A stretch of DNA of 64,000 bases. It comes from a virus. The notes beneath the pieces are model-generated. The model saw only the letters and a list, made by a program, of their open reading frames with translations. It did no database searches and was not told the origin of the DNA. Where the stretch lies: positions 64,001 through 128,000 of the IMG/VR virus record IMGVR_UViG_3300045988_145033. One strand, given 5' to 3'. This document shows positions 8,722 to 17,983 of the stretch, piece by piece. The position numbers and the translations under genes are program-made. Each line of letters begins with the position of its first letter. Position 1 is the stretch's first letter.

Positions 8722-9285
8722 CTAAAATATCTTGTCTTTATAAAAAGACATTCTTTCTCTTAATATATCAGCATACTTTGTAGAATATTCTTTTTGCTTA
8801 TCTACAAGCTCTTTTTCTTTTTTGTCCATTTTAAACCAATCATCAGAACGTAAGAAAGTTTCAAGTGCTACAACTCTTACAGATATTTCATTATACTCTT
8901 CTTCCAGTTTTTTAACTTTCTTTTTATACTCTTCATTATCGGCTTTCATTTTAGTTCTATCTTCGCTATCATAAGATAAAGATATTTGCTTCACTTCATT
9001 TATATTAGCTATAAGATTTATCATCTCATCAGCTATTATACCCTTTTGCTCTTCCGTTAGCTTTACATTGTGAACTTCATCTTTTTCACAGTTATTTTCT
9101 ATTACAGATGATATAGCAGATGATAGTTTAGTAGCATTTTCTTCACCTTTTATAAACTTTGCTATTTTAGCATCTTTCTTTAAATCCTTTTTTACATAAT
9201 CACTTACTGCGATTATAAGTCCATTTATCTTTTTCTTTTCAAGTCCTTTATTTATTATAACCTTTAATTCATTTTTATCTGCCAT
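8722..9285 (-). CDS. Hypothetical coiled-coil protein (187 aa)
   Basis: ORF with AAGGAGG RBS. K/E-rich heptad-like sequence. Confidence 0.65.
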   Translation of the reverse strand: MADKNELKVIINKGLEKKKINGLIIAVSDYVKKDLKKDAKIAKFIKGEENATKLSSAISSVIENNCEKDEVHNVKLTEEQKGIIADEMINLIANINEVKQISLSYDSEDRTKMKADNEEYKKKVKKLEEEYNEISVRVVALETFLRSDDWFKMDKKEKELVDKQKEYSTKYADILRERMSFYKDKIF

Positions 9286-9302
9286 TTATTGCCTCCTTTA
9301 TA

Positions 9303-9446
9303 TAATTAAAACTCGTCTATCTTTATTGTATTTTGTATAAGTTTATTTTTACCTTTACTTTCCTTTAAAAGAGTAGAACCTTTTATAAATTTCTTATTTT
9401 CTTTACTCTGTTCTAATAAGCCTAACTTCTTTTTATATTTGCTCAT
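9303..9446 (-). CDS. Small basic protein (~47 aa): MSKYKKKLGLLEQSKENKKF...
   Basis: ATG with AAAAAGGAGACAGT RBS, between a terminator and 8722..9285. Confidence 0.35.
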
Positions 9447-9470
9447 ACTGTCTCCTTTTTCATATTAAAA

Positions 9471-9488
9471 GGCAGGGTTTCCCCTGCC
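9471..9488 (-). terminator. Terminator GGCAGGG-tttc-CCCTGCC
   Basis: Perfect stem, A-tract on one side and T-tract on the other, immediately after the stop of 9495..10154. Confidence 0.65.
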
Positions 9489-9494
9489 ATATAT

Positions 9495-10154
9495 TTATTC
9501 TTCCCATGGATATTCGTCGCCGTCACTACTTTCGTAATCTTCTTGAATTTCCACTTTCTTATTACCATAGTTTGCACTATTCTTTTTAGCTAGTTTTTCT
9601 TGGTGAAAACTCATAACTGTAGAAGTACCATTAAGTATCGCTTCTAACATATTTACAAATGTATTAGTTTCAGATGGTCCACCAAGTCTTACCATATCTT
9701 CCATTCCACCATCACTTGCAAATAGTTTTACTCTATTTGTATCCATAAATGGACATATGATTTTAGAATTTTGTATAACTTGTCCGTCTACTACCGAGTA
9801 TATAGCTGTACCAGTTACATACTTATCTTCTACATTCATTCCAAGAATTCCAAATGCTGTTTCTTTTCCTTGCATTACAAACTCAAATGGAACTTTATCT
9901 ACCATTTTCTTTCTAGCTTGTCTTACCATCATAGTTAAATCTTCAAAATCATTATTAGAAATGAAGTGAGATTTCTCAGGTTTTTTAGCAAAAGGACCTT
10001 CTTCAGTTCTTTTGTAAACTGAGAATAACATTCCTCTTTCAAATAATTTAACACTCATTCTTTTACAATTTTCAATTTCCTTTGTAAAAAATACAAATGA
10101 GATAAGGTGTGTTGATACTAAATCTTCCGGATTTTTCTTTTGTTGTTCTGCCAT
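9495..10154 (-). CDS. Hypothetical protein (219 aa)
   Basis: ORF with RBS ATAGGAGG and a late-type promoter upstream. Confidence 0.7.
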   Translation of the reverse strand: MAEQQKKNPEDLVSTHLISFVFFTKEIENCKRMSVKLFERGMLFSVYKRTEEGPFAKKPEKSHFISNNDFEDLTMMVRQARKKMVDKVPFEFVMQGKETAFGILGMNVEDKYVTGTAIYSVVDGQVIQNSKIICPFMDTNRVKLFASDGGMEDMVRLGGPSETNTFVNMLEAILNGTSTVMSFHQEKLAKKNSANYGNKKVEIQEDYESSDGDEYPWEE

Positions 10155-10181
10155 TTTTAAGCCTCCTATTTAAAATTAATC

Positions 10182-10193
10182 TAAAGTCGTGTT
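10182..10193 (-). promoter_or_regulatory. Late-type promoter AACA-CGACTT-TA-GATTAATTTTAAATAGGAGG
   Basis: Full consensus including the GATTAA extension. Confidence 0.5.
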
Positions 10194-10202
10194 CCTAATT
10201 CT

Positions 10203-12737
10203 TTAGATTTTTTGTATATTTATCTTATATGATTTATTCTTATCATATTCTATATTAACTATTTCTGGTATTACAGATGGGTCATCTGGGTCATAATTTG
10301 CTTCTATGTATTGATAGTCTGAGTTGTAACCATTTATACCTACAAACTCTATCTTTGTAACGTCAACTATATCATCTCTTACCTTTCTTATTAAATCTGA
10401 TACGTGGAAAGTCTCATCATTTATAAAGTCTATCTTAGAGAAGTAATCTCTTATATAATCCTTCACATAGTTCATATCTACTGTAGCATTATAAGCAAGA
10501 GCAACTTTGAAGTTTAAAGATATATTAGTTTTATCAAGTCTTTCATTATCATTTCCGATAATATGGTTTTTAGAAGTACCATACGTGTTTGCAAACTTTA
10601 AAGTTGACACGAAATTAGTTTGAGTTTCAAGCCACTTAGTATGAATATAGTCCATTTGAGCATATACATCATTGTATACAGTATACCCATTATTTTCTAC
10701 ATAATCATATCCAAATAAAGGGATAGATAAAAGTTTTAACTTATTAGCATCTATATCTTCTATTTGTACATATGAGTTATCTGTATACTGTCTTATAAGT
10801 GATATATCATTAAGTGAGAATACATTTATAAGTCCTTTTCCTACTATATTAGGAACACCATAATCACTTGCTTGAACTGTATCATTCTCTTGGTCATCTT
10901 GTACTATTATCTTTATAGATTTAAAGTTTATCTTAGTTGTAACCTCATTTAAAACTCCCGCATTCATAAGTTTTAAATCTATTTTACCATCTCTTATAAA
11001 GTATGCTGTTTCTATCTCAGCTTCATATAAATACATATCATTCTTTTCATTATACGATTTCATGACACAAGGAATATAACCTATATAGTTTGTATCTTCT
11101 GCTTGGAAAGATACATTTATCTTAAGTATTCCTTTGTCATTTATTGAACCGTCTGGAAGCTTTTCGTGAAACTTAACTAAGTCATCTTTATTTTCAGATG
11201 CTAAATTCGTCATAATATTAAAGTGAAGCTTTATATTTCCTTTAGGTTCTCTTGTTATATACACAGCATTTGCCATAAATGAATATTTCGATTTATCATA
11301 GTTATATTCAAACTCACAAACTGAACGTCTATCTATATAAGTTTCATAAGTTTCTACAACTCTTTTGATTCTATTTATAATATACAGTAAAGATGGTGTG
11401 TAATCAAATATGTCATTTGTTTCTTTTGTATCCCTGTGAAATGCTGTATCAGAACCAAGCGGTGCACGGAAATGTGCCATTTCAGGAACTTTATACCAGT
11501 TATCAAGCTTCTCAAGAGTTGATATATCTATAAGACAATTTAAAGTATTAGTAGGAACTAAATACTTGTCATCTACGGTTGTAAGAGGAGCAAATATAGA
11601 ATATACTCTCATCTTCCAATCATCACGAGTTTTTATAACTTTATAATTCTTTTTATTTGCTGAGAAGTGTAAAGATAAATCATAGTCTGTAATTAGTGAG
11701 TTTCTTGTGTGAAGTGAATCTATTATCTTCTTTCTTAAAGATTCTAAATCATCTTCATCAGAACCCGGAGTAGAATACTTCTGAGCTGTATCTGCTGTTA
11801 TATAAAATGGTAGTTCTTCTCCGTCACTATCTTCTACTATTATATCATCACCGATATATTCAAAGTTTGCTTCCTTACCTTTTGTAAGATACATAGAAAG
11901 CTCTATTATGCTATCTCTTACAGGTACGAAATTTCCTCTATATCCGCGATTTGTAAGAGTTATTTTATTTTGGTTCAAATCATAGTATATAGTAGGTTTA
12001 TCAGGAATTGACTTATCATAATACATAGACTTCTGAAGTCTTTTGACTTCATTTGTAAATTCAGACACTCTATAATATGGAGTAAAATCTATAAGCTCAT
12101 CTTTATAAGTTATAGGATATACGTCAGTTGTAGAATCTATATAACGATAAGTTTCTATCTGTCTTTTATATTGATAAAGTATTAAAGATAGTATCATTCT
12201 CTTACCTTGCTTTATAACTTTTATATTTGGATTTACTACTTTAGATATAGGATTATATAAAGCTTCTTTATCATATCTTGCAGTTATAGCCATTTGACCT
12301 TCTGGGTCATATATTTGTATATTTATAGGATAATCAAGAGAATATATAAATTTCCCTATCTTTACTTCTAAAGTGTGAGGTATAGTATATCTGTAAAGTT
12401 TAGGATTTATTCTTTCAGCATTTTTAAGTACATCTTCTATAAATATTGTAAATGTAAATACACGAGAAGAAGGTGTAGCTAGTTGAAAGGATACATCTGC
12501 AACTTTATTCCACTTAAATAAACTATCTTTAAACTCAGCAGTTACTGGAAACATCTCACGAGAAGATATATAAGATGAATATGATACTATATCATATAAT
12601 TCTCCCAAACCTTGAGTTTGATAAAAGGCTGTAGATAAAGCGTGTACTCTATCAGGGGGTAAACCTAAAGTATCTAAAACCACAGCCATAGATTTTAGAA
12701 ACTCCTCTTTTGTCGAGGTAAATTTATCACTTAACAT
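10203..12737 (-). CDS. Hypothetical large protein (844 aa), likely virion structural
   Basis: Co-transcribed directly downstream of 12748..14679 with a 10-nt gap. No recognisable motifs. Confidence 0.7.
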   Translation of the reverse strand: MLSDKFTSTKEEFLKSMAVVLDTLGLPPDRVHALSTAFYQTQGLGELYDIVSYSSYISSREMFPVTAEFKDSLFKWNKVADVSFQLATPSSRVFTFTIFIEDVLKNAERINPKLYRYTIPHTLEVKIGKFIYSLDYPINIQIYDPEGQMAITARYDKEALYNPISKVVNPNIKVIKQGKRMILSLILYQYKRQIETYRYIDSTTDVYPITYKDELIDFTPYYRVSEFTNEVKRLQKSMYYDKSIPDKPTIYYDLNQNKITLTNRGYRGNFVPVRDSIIELSMYLTKGKEANFEYIGDDIIVEDSDGEELPFYITADTAQKYSTPGSDEDDLESLRKKIIDSLHTRNSLITDYDLSLHFSANKKNYKVIKTRDDWKMRVYSIFAPLTTVDDKYLVPTNTLNCLIDISTLEKLDNWYKVPEMAHFRAPLGSDTAFHRDTKETNDIFDYTPSLLYIINRIKRVVETYETYIDRRSVCEFEYNYDKSKYSFMANAVYITREPKGNIKLHFNIMTNLASENKDDLVKFHEKLPDGSINDKGILKINVSFQAEDTNYIGYIPCVMKSYNEKNDMYLYEAEIETAYFIRDGKIDLKLMNAGVLNEVTTKINFKSIKIIVQDDQENDTVQASDYGVPNIVGKGLINVFSLNDISLIRQYTDNSYVQIEDIDANKLKLLSIPLFGYDYVENNGYTVYNDVYAQMDYIHTKWLETQTNFVSTLKFANTYGTSKNHIIGNDNERLDKTNISLNFKVALAYNATVDMNYVKDYIRDYFSKIDFINDETFHVSDLIRKVRDDIVDVTKIEFVGINGYNSDYQYIEANYDPDDPSVIPEIVNIEYDKNKSYKINIQKI

Positions 12738-12747
12738 TTATTCCTCC

Positions 12748-14679
12748 TTATTTCTTAATATAGTCTACGACATCATTATAAGTATTTTGTACAGAATTTG
12801 CGTATCCTGTTACTTTATCTTTAACAGCTCCCGCCATACTTTGTGCTTTAGAAACCGCCGCATCATATGCTCCAGACGCCGTATCCATACCTTTATTCAT
12901 AAGTTTTTCAGCCGTTCCTCTTGGGTCTTTTATAGCATCTAGTATACCACCAGTTACAGTTTTAAAGAATCCGTCTTTCTTAACTACTGTAGCTTTAACT
13001 TTAGGTGCAACTTGAGCTGATGAGAATGGTACAAGTTTATATCTTCCTGTAGCATTATCATATATTACTTCAGCACCATTAGTCCAATAGTATTGTAAGT
13101 CTCTGTCTTCTTTTGGAAGCCACCTGTCATAATATTTTTTAGGCACATATCTTTTTTGCATTTCGTTAAACTCATACAAAGCATTTATATCAAATGGCTT
13201 AAATACAGAAGACGCAAAAGACACAGTTATTTCTCTTATTTCTCTATTTATCATACCTTGATTTGAAAATACCGAAAACGGTATAGTCTTAGGAAAGTTT
13301 CCTACAAGTTTTGCCCAGTATGTAATAGATAAGTCATCTTCTTCTGTACAGAATATAAATATAGGACAGCTATAACTCATTCTATTGGCAACTGTATCAT
13401 CTGGGTGCTGTATTATAAGTCCGTCTTTAACTCTATCTATATATGTAACCCAAGCGTATATAAGCTTAAATGCTTCTGCTTGTCTATCCATAGCAAAAGT
13501 CAAGTTTATTGGTATATTTATCATAGATGAACCGTACGATATCCCATACTCTTGAGCTGAACCATATCTATTCGCAGGAGAGTTAGAAACGTCAAGAGAA
13601 GCATCTTGGAATGATATTCCAACTATTCTATTTTGAAGAGATGTCATCCAAGGAGTAGCACCGTCTATTCTTCCATTAAGTTGTAAGAATAAATCGTAAT
13701 CTCTTAGAATGAACTCAGCAAGGTTATAGTCATTTCTTACACTTTCTGCAAGTTTATTTGTATCTTCCTCTTGCAAGTTACAAGTAGGCTTTCCTATAAA
13801 AATATGAGTTCTTGTATGAGCAAGAGTATTATCTATAAGTGTAACACCTAGCCTATTTACGAAGTTACGTTCCAAATCTTTACCTTTTGATATATTGCCA
13901 GTCATACCATAAGAGTTTTTAATAGTTTCTGCAAGAGATGCAAAGGTATCATCTGAGAATATATCAAATCCGTCATATGAAGGATATGAAGCCGCAGGAG
14001 AATATCCAGAAGCATTCCAGAATCTTTGGAAGGCGTCTATTTTAGGTTTTCCTGTTGTCTTACCATTCATAGCTCCAGCTTCTCCCCAGCCACTTAGTGA
14101 AGCACCACGAAGAGCAGCCATAAGTTTATCCTTATCGTCTTTATTTCCTGAAAGTCTATCCATATCTTGAGCATCAGGTCCTGTATATATTTCATGATAA
14201 GGGTCTCTATTTTTAAGAAGTTCTGATTTCATAGAGCCTATAAGTCCACCAAATGTACTATTAAGTGCCATACCTAGTGGATTTCCTAAGAAATTATTTA
14301 TTTTACCTAATATTCCTCTTTGCAGTTTTGACTCTATCTTTCCTATGGTTGAGTTAATTTTATTATTTATTCTTTCTTCGACTCCACCTACTACACTATT
14401 TATTCTACCTTGAACTAAACCTTCTATATTTGAACTTCCGGTTCTTATGGCATTATCTACAGCACTACCTATACTACCTATGGCGTTATTAACAAAGTTA
14501 CCCGGTATCTCTTGAGCATTTTGCCATACTTCATTTAATCTATCAGTACCGAAGTTTGATTTAAGCTTATTTGCGTAAGTATCATATGTCTCTTTTGCTG
14601 TCTCTTGGTTCTTTTTAAACTGTGCCGTTGCGACGTCAGATAAACTTCCACCAGCTGATTTTTGGTTATCATCTGCCAT
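12748..14679 (-). CDS. Putative virion protein (643 aa) with Gly-rich helical N-terminal and C-terminal segments
   Basis: Its promoter and 5' UTR are nearly identical to those of 53808..55640 (GTGAAAAACAGCCCTTTAGTT-AAAAATTATAA). It carries Gly/Ser/Asn-rich repeats. Confidence 0.7.
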   Translation of the reverse strand: MADDNQKSAGGSLSDVATAQFKKNQETAKETYDTYANKLKSNFGTDRLNEVWQNAQEIPGNFVNNAIGSIGSAVDNAIRTGSSNIEGLVQGRINSVVGGVEERINNKINSTIGKIESKLQRGILGKINNFLGNPLGMALNSTFGGLIGSMKSELLKNRDPYHEIYTGPDAQDMDRLSGNKDDKDKLMAALRGASLSGWGEAGAMNGKTTGKPKIDAFQRFWNASGYSPAASYPSYDGFDIFSDDTFASLAETIKNSYGMTGNISKGKDLERNFVNRLGVTLIDNTLAHTRTHIFIGKPTCNLQEEDTNKLAESVRNDYNLAEFILRDYDLFLQLNGRIDGATPWMTSLQNRIVGISFQDASLDVSNSPANRYGSAQEYGISYGSSMINIPINLTFAMDRQAEAFKLIYAWVTYIDRVKDGLIIQHPDDTVANRMSYSCPIFIFCTEEDDLSITYWAKLVGNFPKTIPFSVFSNQGMINREIREITVSFASSVFKPFDINALYEFNEMQKRYVPKKYYDRWLPKEDRDLQYYWTNGAEVIYDNATGRYKLVPFSSAQVAPKVKATVVKKDGFFKTVTGGILDAIKDPRGTAEKLMNKGMDTASGAYDAAVSKAQSMAGAVKDKVTGYANSVQNTYNDVVDYIKK

Positions 14680-14712
14680 TGTAAAACCTCCTTTTAATTA
14701 TAATTTTTAAAC

Positions 14713-14724
14713 TAAAGGGCTGTT
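14713..14724 (-). promoter_or_regulatory. Late-type promoter AACA-GCCCTT-TA-GTTTAAAAATTATAATTAAAAGGAGG
   Basis: A 21-nt core identical to the promoter at ~53760 on the opposite strand. Confidence 0.55.
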
Positions 14725-14753
14725 TTTCACACTTTTGCGACAAAAAAAAAAAT

Positions 14754-14772
14754 GGTGAGGATAAACCCCACC
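14754..14772 (-). terminator. Terminator GGTGAGG-ataaa-CCCCACC (conserved module)
   Basis: A11 tract on one side. On the minus transcript the stem is GGUGGGG/CCUCACC with a G-U wobble pair, followed by U11. Confidence 0.65.
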
Positions 14773-14779
14773 ACTTATA

Positions 14780-16105
14780 TTATATTAAATACATAGGACC
14801 GCAAACATTAAGCCAGAAGCCTGCTGTAGTTTCTACATTTATATTAGGAATAGCAAATCCTCTTGTAGCTTTCTCTACACTTTGTAGATGTGTTAAAAGC
14901 TCTTGCAAATTCTTCTTTATATTAGAACCTAAGTTACTATCAATAAATATTATACGTGCTTTTTCTTTCACAATGACATCTGTTAGTCTAGCTACATCAA
15001 AATCTTCTTCTACTGCATATTCTACATAATCGTAATCGTACTTGTATTTAGATTTAAGAGCTTCTCCTCTTTTAGTTATTATAATGGCAGTATCTAGTTT
15101 CTTAGTATAGATATTTATTATGCTATCTATACTATTAGCACTTTCACAATCATATCCTACAACTTTAACGGTATTCAGCCATTTTATAAACTTTTCATAT
15201 CCATCAATTTGTATATAATGTTCTGTAGATTTACGATTAGTTGTGAAGAAGTTAAATATAGCCATTATAGTTTGTCTATTTGTTACATATGCGATTTTAG
15301 GTTCAGTGATATGTAGAACATGAGTTATAAACTCATCCATTGTGAATTTGATTCTATCTAATACATTTCGATTATCTATATAATGTACAAGTTCTATGTG
15401 TCCTTCATCGTTCATAAACACTATATCGAAGTTATTTTCTTTACCGTCCACAACCTTTATGTCTATTTCAGGCAGTATAACACAAGAAGCTGTCATCTTT
15501 CTTACCGCTTCTCTTGCTTTATCTTGAGATTCTTTAAAAGCTACTCCTTTTACTCCTGCCATAAAGTCTCTAAATCTATCTCCTACTAGAAGCTCTCTTT
15601 GATAAGTAGTAACCTCAGGAATTTTAAATCCGTTATCTATTGCTATATGTTGTAAATAGAATACATCTTGTAAGTTCTTCATAAATCTTGCAACCATAGC
15701 GTGAGCTTCAGGAAGTTTTTCTTCATCACTATCAGCCACAAGTTGTGTAAGATATCTCATAGTCTCAACCGAAGTTTTGCTGAATGCAGTTTTTGTGTAT
15801 CTATTAGTTGGAGCATTTTCAAGACATCTTGCACAGTTTTCTAAAAACTCTACAGGATTTTGATAGACATTAAATTTAGCAGTGCTGTCCATCATTCTTT
15901 TGATTCTTTCTATTTCCTCATTATATTTCATAACGTCACTTAATATATGCGACATATGATATATAAAGCAATAGTCATCAAAACTACCATCATTTTGATG
16001 TAAAACAACATCACATCTTATAGGAGAATCTGCTGCTCCTACCACTAATTTACTCATACCTATTGTCATAAATTTCATTCCATTTTCTTGTCTATATTTT
16101 ACCAT
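14780..16105 (-). CDS. Hypothetical protein (441 aa)
   Basis: ORF with AAGGAGG RBS. Confidence 0.7.
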   Translation of the reverse strand: MVKYRQENGMKFMTIGMSKLVVGAADSPIRCDVVLHQNDGSFDDYCFIYHMSHILSDVMKYNEEIERIKRMMDSTAKFNVYQNPVEFLENCARCLENAPTNRYTKTAFSKTSVETMRYLTQLVADSDEEKLPEAHAMVARFMKNLQDVFYLQHIAIDNGFKIPEVTTYQRELLVGDRFRDFMAGVKGVAFKESQDKAREAVRKMTASCVILPEIDIKVVDGKENNFDIVFMNDEGHIELVHYIDNRNVLDRIKFTMDEFITHVLHITEPKIAYVTNRQTIMAIFNFFTTNRKSTEHYIQIDGYEKFIKWLNTVKVVGYDCESANSIDSIINIYTKKLDTAIIITKRGEALKSKYKYDYDYVEYAVEEDFDVARLTDVIVKEKARIIFIDSNLGSNIKKNLQELLTHLQSVEKATRGFAIPNINVETTAGFWLNVCGPMYLI

Positions 16106-16144
16106 TTTTCTTCCTCCTTAAAATTTTTAAAATATAAAATAAAA

Positions 16145-16165
16145 GGGTGAGAACAACTCTCACCC
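16145..16165 (-). terminator. Terminator GGGTGAG-aacaa-CTCACCC
   Basis: Inverted repeat with flanking A/T runs between two minus-strand genes. Confidence 0.55.
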
Positions 16166-16172
16166 ATATAAA

Positions 16173-17027
16173 CTATTTGCTGATAACTGAACCTTCAGGA
16201 ACTATTTTATTTCTGTCTTGTCCCATTATAAGTTCAAAACCTATGCTATTTAATACATATAATGCAACTTCATCTTCATTGTACGAAGTTTTCATTTCAC
16301 ACAATATGTCAGTTAAATACTTTGTAGCCCCTTGGAACGCAGATATCGAGTTCATATCCACAACTACTGTAACTCCATTTAAAGCATCATAGCTATTTAT
16401 AAACTTTGCCATATCAGGACCTTCATAATCAAGTCTTACAACTTTAGCCTTGATATTCTTAGTCTTTTGTAAGAATATATCATTACTTACTTGATATGAA
16501 GTTATGAACAAAACTTCTTCTTCCTTTTTGACTTCCTCTTCGGTTTTCATAAGATAAGCTTGACCTAAATCCTTTGCATTCCAGTCAGGTCTTGAGAACT
16601 CTCTTGATGCTGGGATATATTTTAAACTTGCTATAAATCCACAAATTTCATTTAATCCTTGCATAACGGCATCATCTTTAACATTGTATCTGTCAAGAAA
16701 TTCTTCCATGATATGTTTAGGTACATACTTGTCAGCTAGTACAGGTAAATCAGGTAAAGCATCTATATTGTGCTCTACTATACTATCTATTAATTCCTTT
16801 AAAGAATATTCTTTAACATGTCCTACAGCTTTACCATCTTCAAATCTTTGAAGTTGTACAAATCCTCCATTTGTATTCCAAGTTGTTATAGCTGTGAATG
16901 TTTGATAAATTCCTTTATCATTTACCTTACCAATTTTTCCAGTCATGATGTCCATAAGTCCATCGAGCATATCTTCCACACCTATAACAATTCCAAATCC
17001 TATTCCTTTTACTTCTTTTTTGTTCAT
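16173..17027 (-). CDS. Hypothetical protein (284 aa)
   Basis: ORF with AAAGGAGG RBS, preceded by degenerate early module E. Confidence 0.7.
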   Translation of the reverse strand: MNKKEVKGIGFGIVIGVEDMLDGLMDIMTGKIGKVNDKGIYQTFTAITTWNTNGGFVQLQRFEDGKAVGHVKEYSLKELIDSIVEHNIDALPDLPVLADKYVPKHIMEEFLDRYNVKDDAVMQGLNEICGFIASLKYIPASREFSRPDWNAKDLGQAYLMKTEEEVKKEEEVLFITSYQVSNDIFLQKTKNIKAKVVRLDYEGPDMAKFINSYDALNGVTVVVDMNSISAFQGATKYLTDILCEMKTSYNEDEVALYVLNSIGFELIMGQDRNKIVPEGSVISK

Positions 17028-17100
17028 TTTTGAACCTCCTTTAAATTTTAAATTTTAGCATCTAGTTATTCCTATTGCTAGGTTTATAATATATAAGAAA
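17028..17100 (-). promoter_or_regulatory. Degenerate early-type module E (TTATATATTATAAACCTAGCAATAGGAATAAC...AAATTTAAAATTTAAAGGAGG), lacking the hairpin
   Basis: Shares TATATAT-TATAA, GGAATAAC and AAATTTAAAAT blocks with modules A-D. Confidence 0.35.
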
Positions 17101-17107
17101 TAATGTG

Positions 17108-17128
17108 AATGGTGCACGAAGCACCATT
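17108..17128 (-). terminator. Terminator AATGGTGC-acgaa-GCACCATT
   Basis: Perfect 8-bp stem after the stop of 17139..17981. Confidence 0.6.
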
Positions 17129-17138
17129 CTACATATTA

Positions 17139-17981
17139 TTATCTGAAGTGTACATTGTATTCATATTCAGCTTCTTTATTTTGTTTTAAATACTCTTCTT
17201 CTATATTAAGCTGATTAGCACATAGAAGATTTCTGTGGTCTTGATAAGTAGAACCATTTATAAGCACATTAACTGTATTACCTATAAATAAGCAAATAGT
17301 TGAGAACTTTCTTCTTACGTTTTCTCCTATACTTCTGTAGTATTCAGTTAAGTCTTGTAATGTTATAGAAAACTCAGTTTGAATTACAGTCTCAACTGCA
17401 ACTGAACCAGATAAACTATTTTCTGGTCTATTTGTAAGCTTTTGCTCACCATCTACAGTTCTATTAACCCAATCTAGTTTCTTTAACTTTTTAAGATAAT
17501 ATTTTACATCATTTCCTTCAACGCTTCTACAAGCATAAGTTTGATATAAAGTATTAGGGTCATCAGCTGATTTTTTAACCATTCTCCAAGGAATTCTTGT
17601 AGCAGCCGTAAATCCCGGAGCATATCTATTAACGGCTTTTACGACAGCTCCGTCTGCTCCACCATTACATAGCATTACTCCACAATAGTTTAAATCGTTT
17701 TTAACTATAGATGAAGTTGCTGTAATTGTCGATTCTAAATCTTTATCAAGAGTTAGAACTTCAATCTTATTAGTTCTCTTACCAGTTAGAAACTCAGCTA
17801 CAAGTTGAGTTACACCAATAAGCATAGTATTTTCTCCTTCTTTTCTTCTTCTAAATAAAGTTCTACCAGAAGGAAGTGTTATATTTTCTTCTTTTCTTAT
17901 AAGAACTCCTCTTACCTGATTTCCAGTTGAGGCGTGATTTATATCTGAAGATATACTTACTATATCACTAAATCTTTTCAT
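17139..17981 (-). CDS. Hypothetical protein (280 aa)
   Basis: ORF with AGGAGG RBS, 3 nt downstream of the previous stop. Confidence 0.7.
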   Translation of the reverse strand: MKRFSDIVSISSDINHASTGNQVRGVLIRKEENITLPSGRTLFRRRKEGENTMLIGVTQLVAEFLTGKRTNKIEVLTLDKDLESTITATSSIVKNDLNYCGVMLCNGGADGAVVKAVNRYAPGFTAATRIPWRMVKKSADDPNTLYQTYACRSVEGNDVKYYLKKLKKLDWVNRTVDGEQKLTNRPENSLSGSVAVETVIQTEFSITLQDLTEYYRSIGENVRRKFSTICLFIGNTVNVLINGSTYQDHRNLLCANQLNIEEEYLKQNKEAEYEYNVHFR

Positions 17982-17983
17982 TT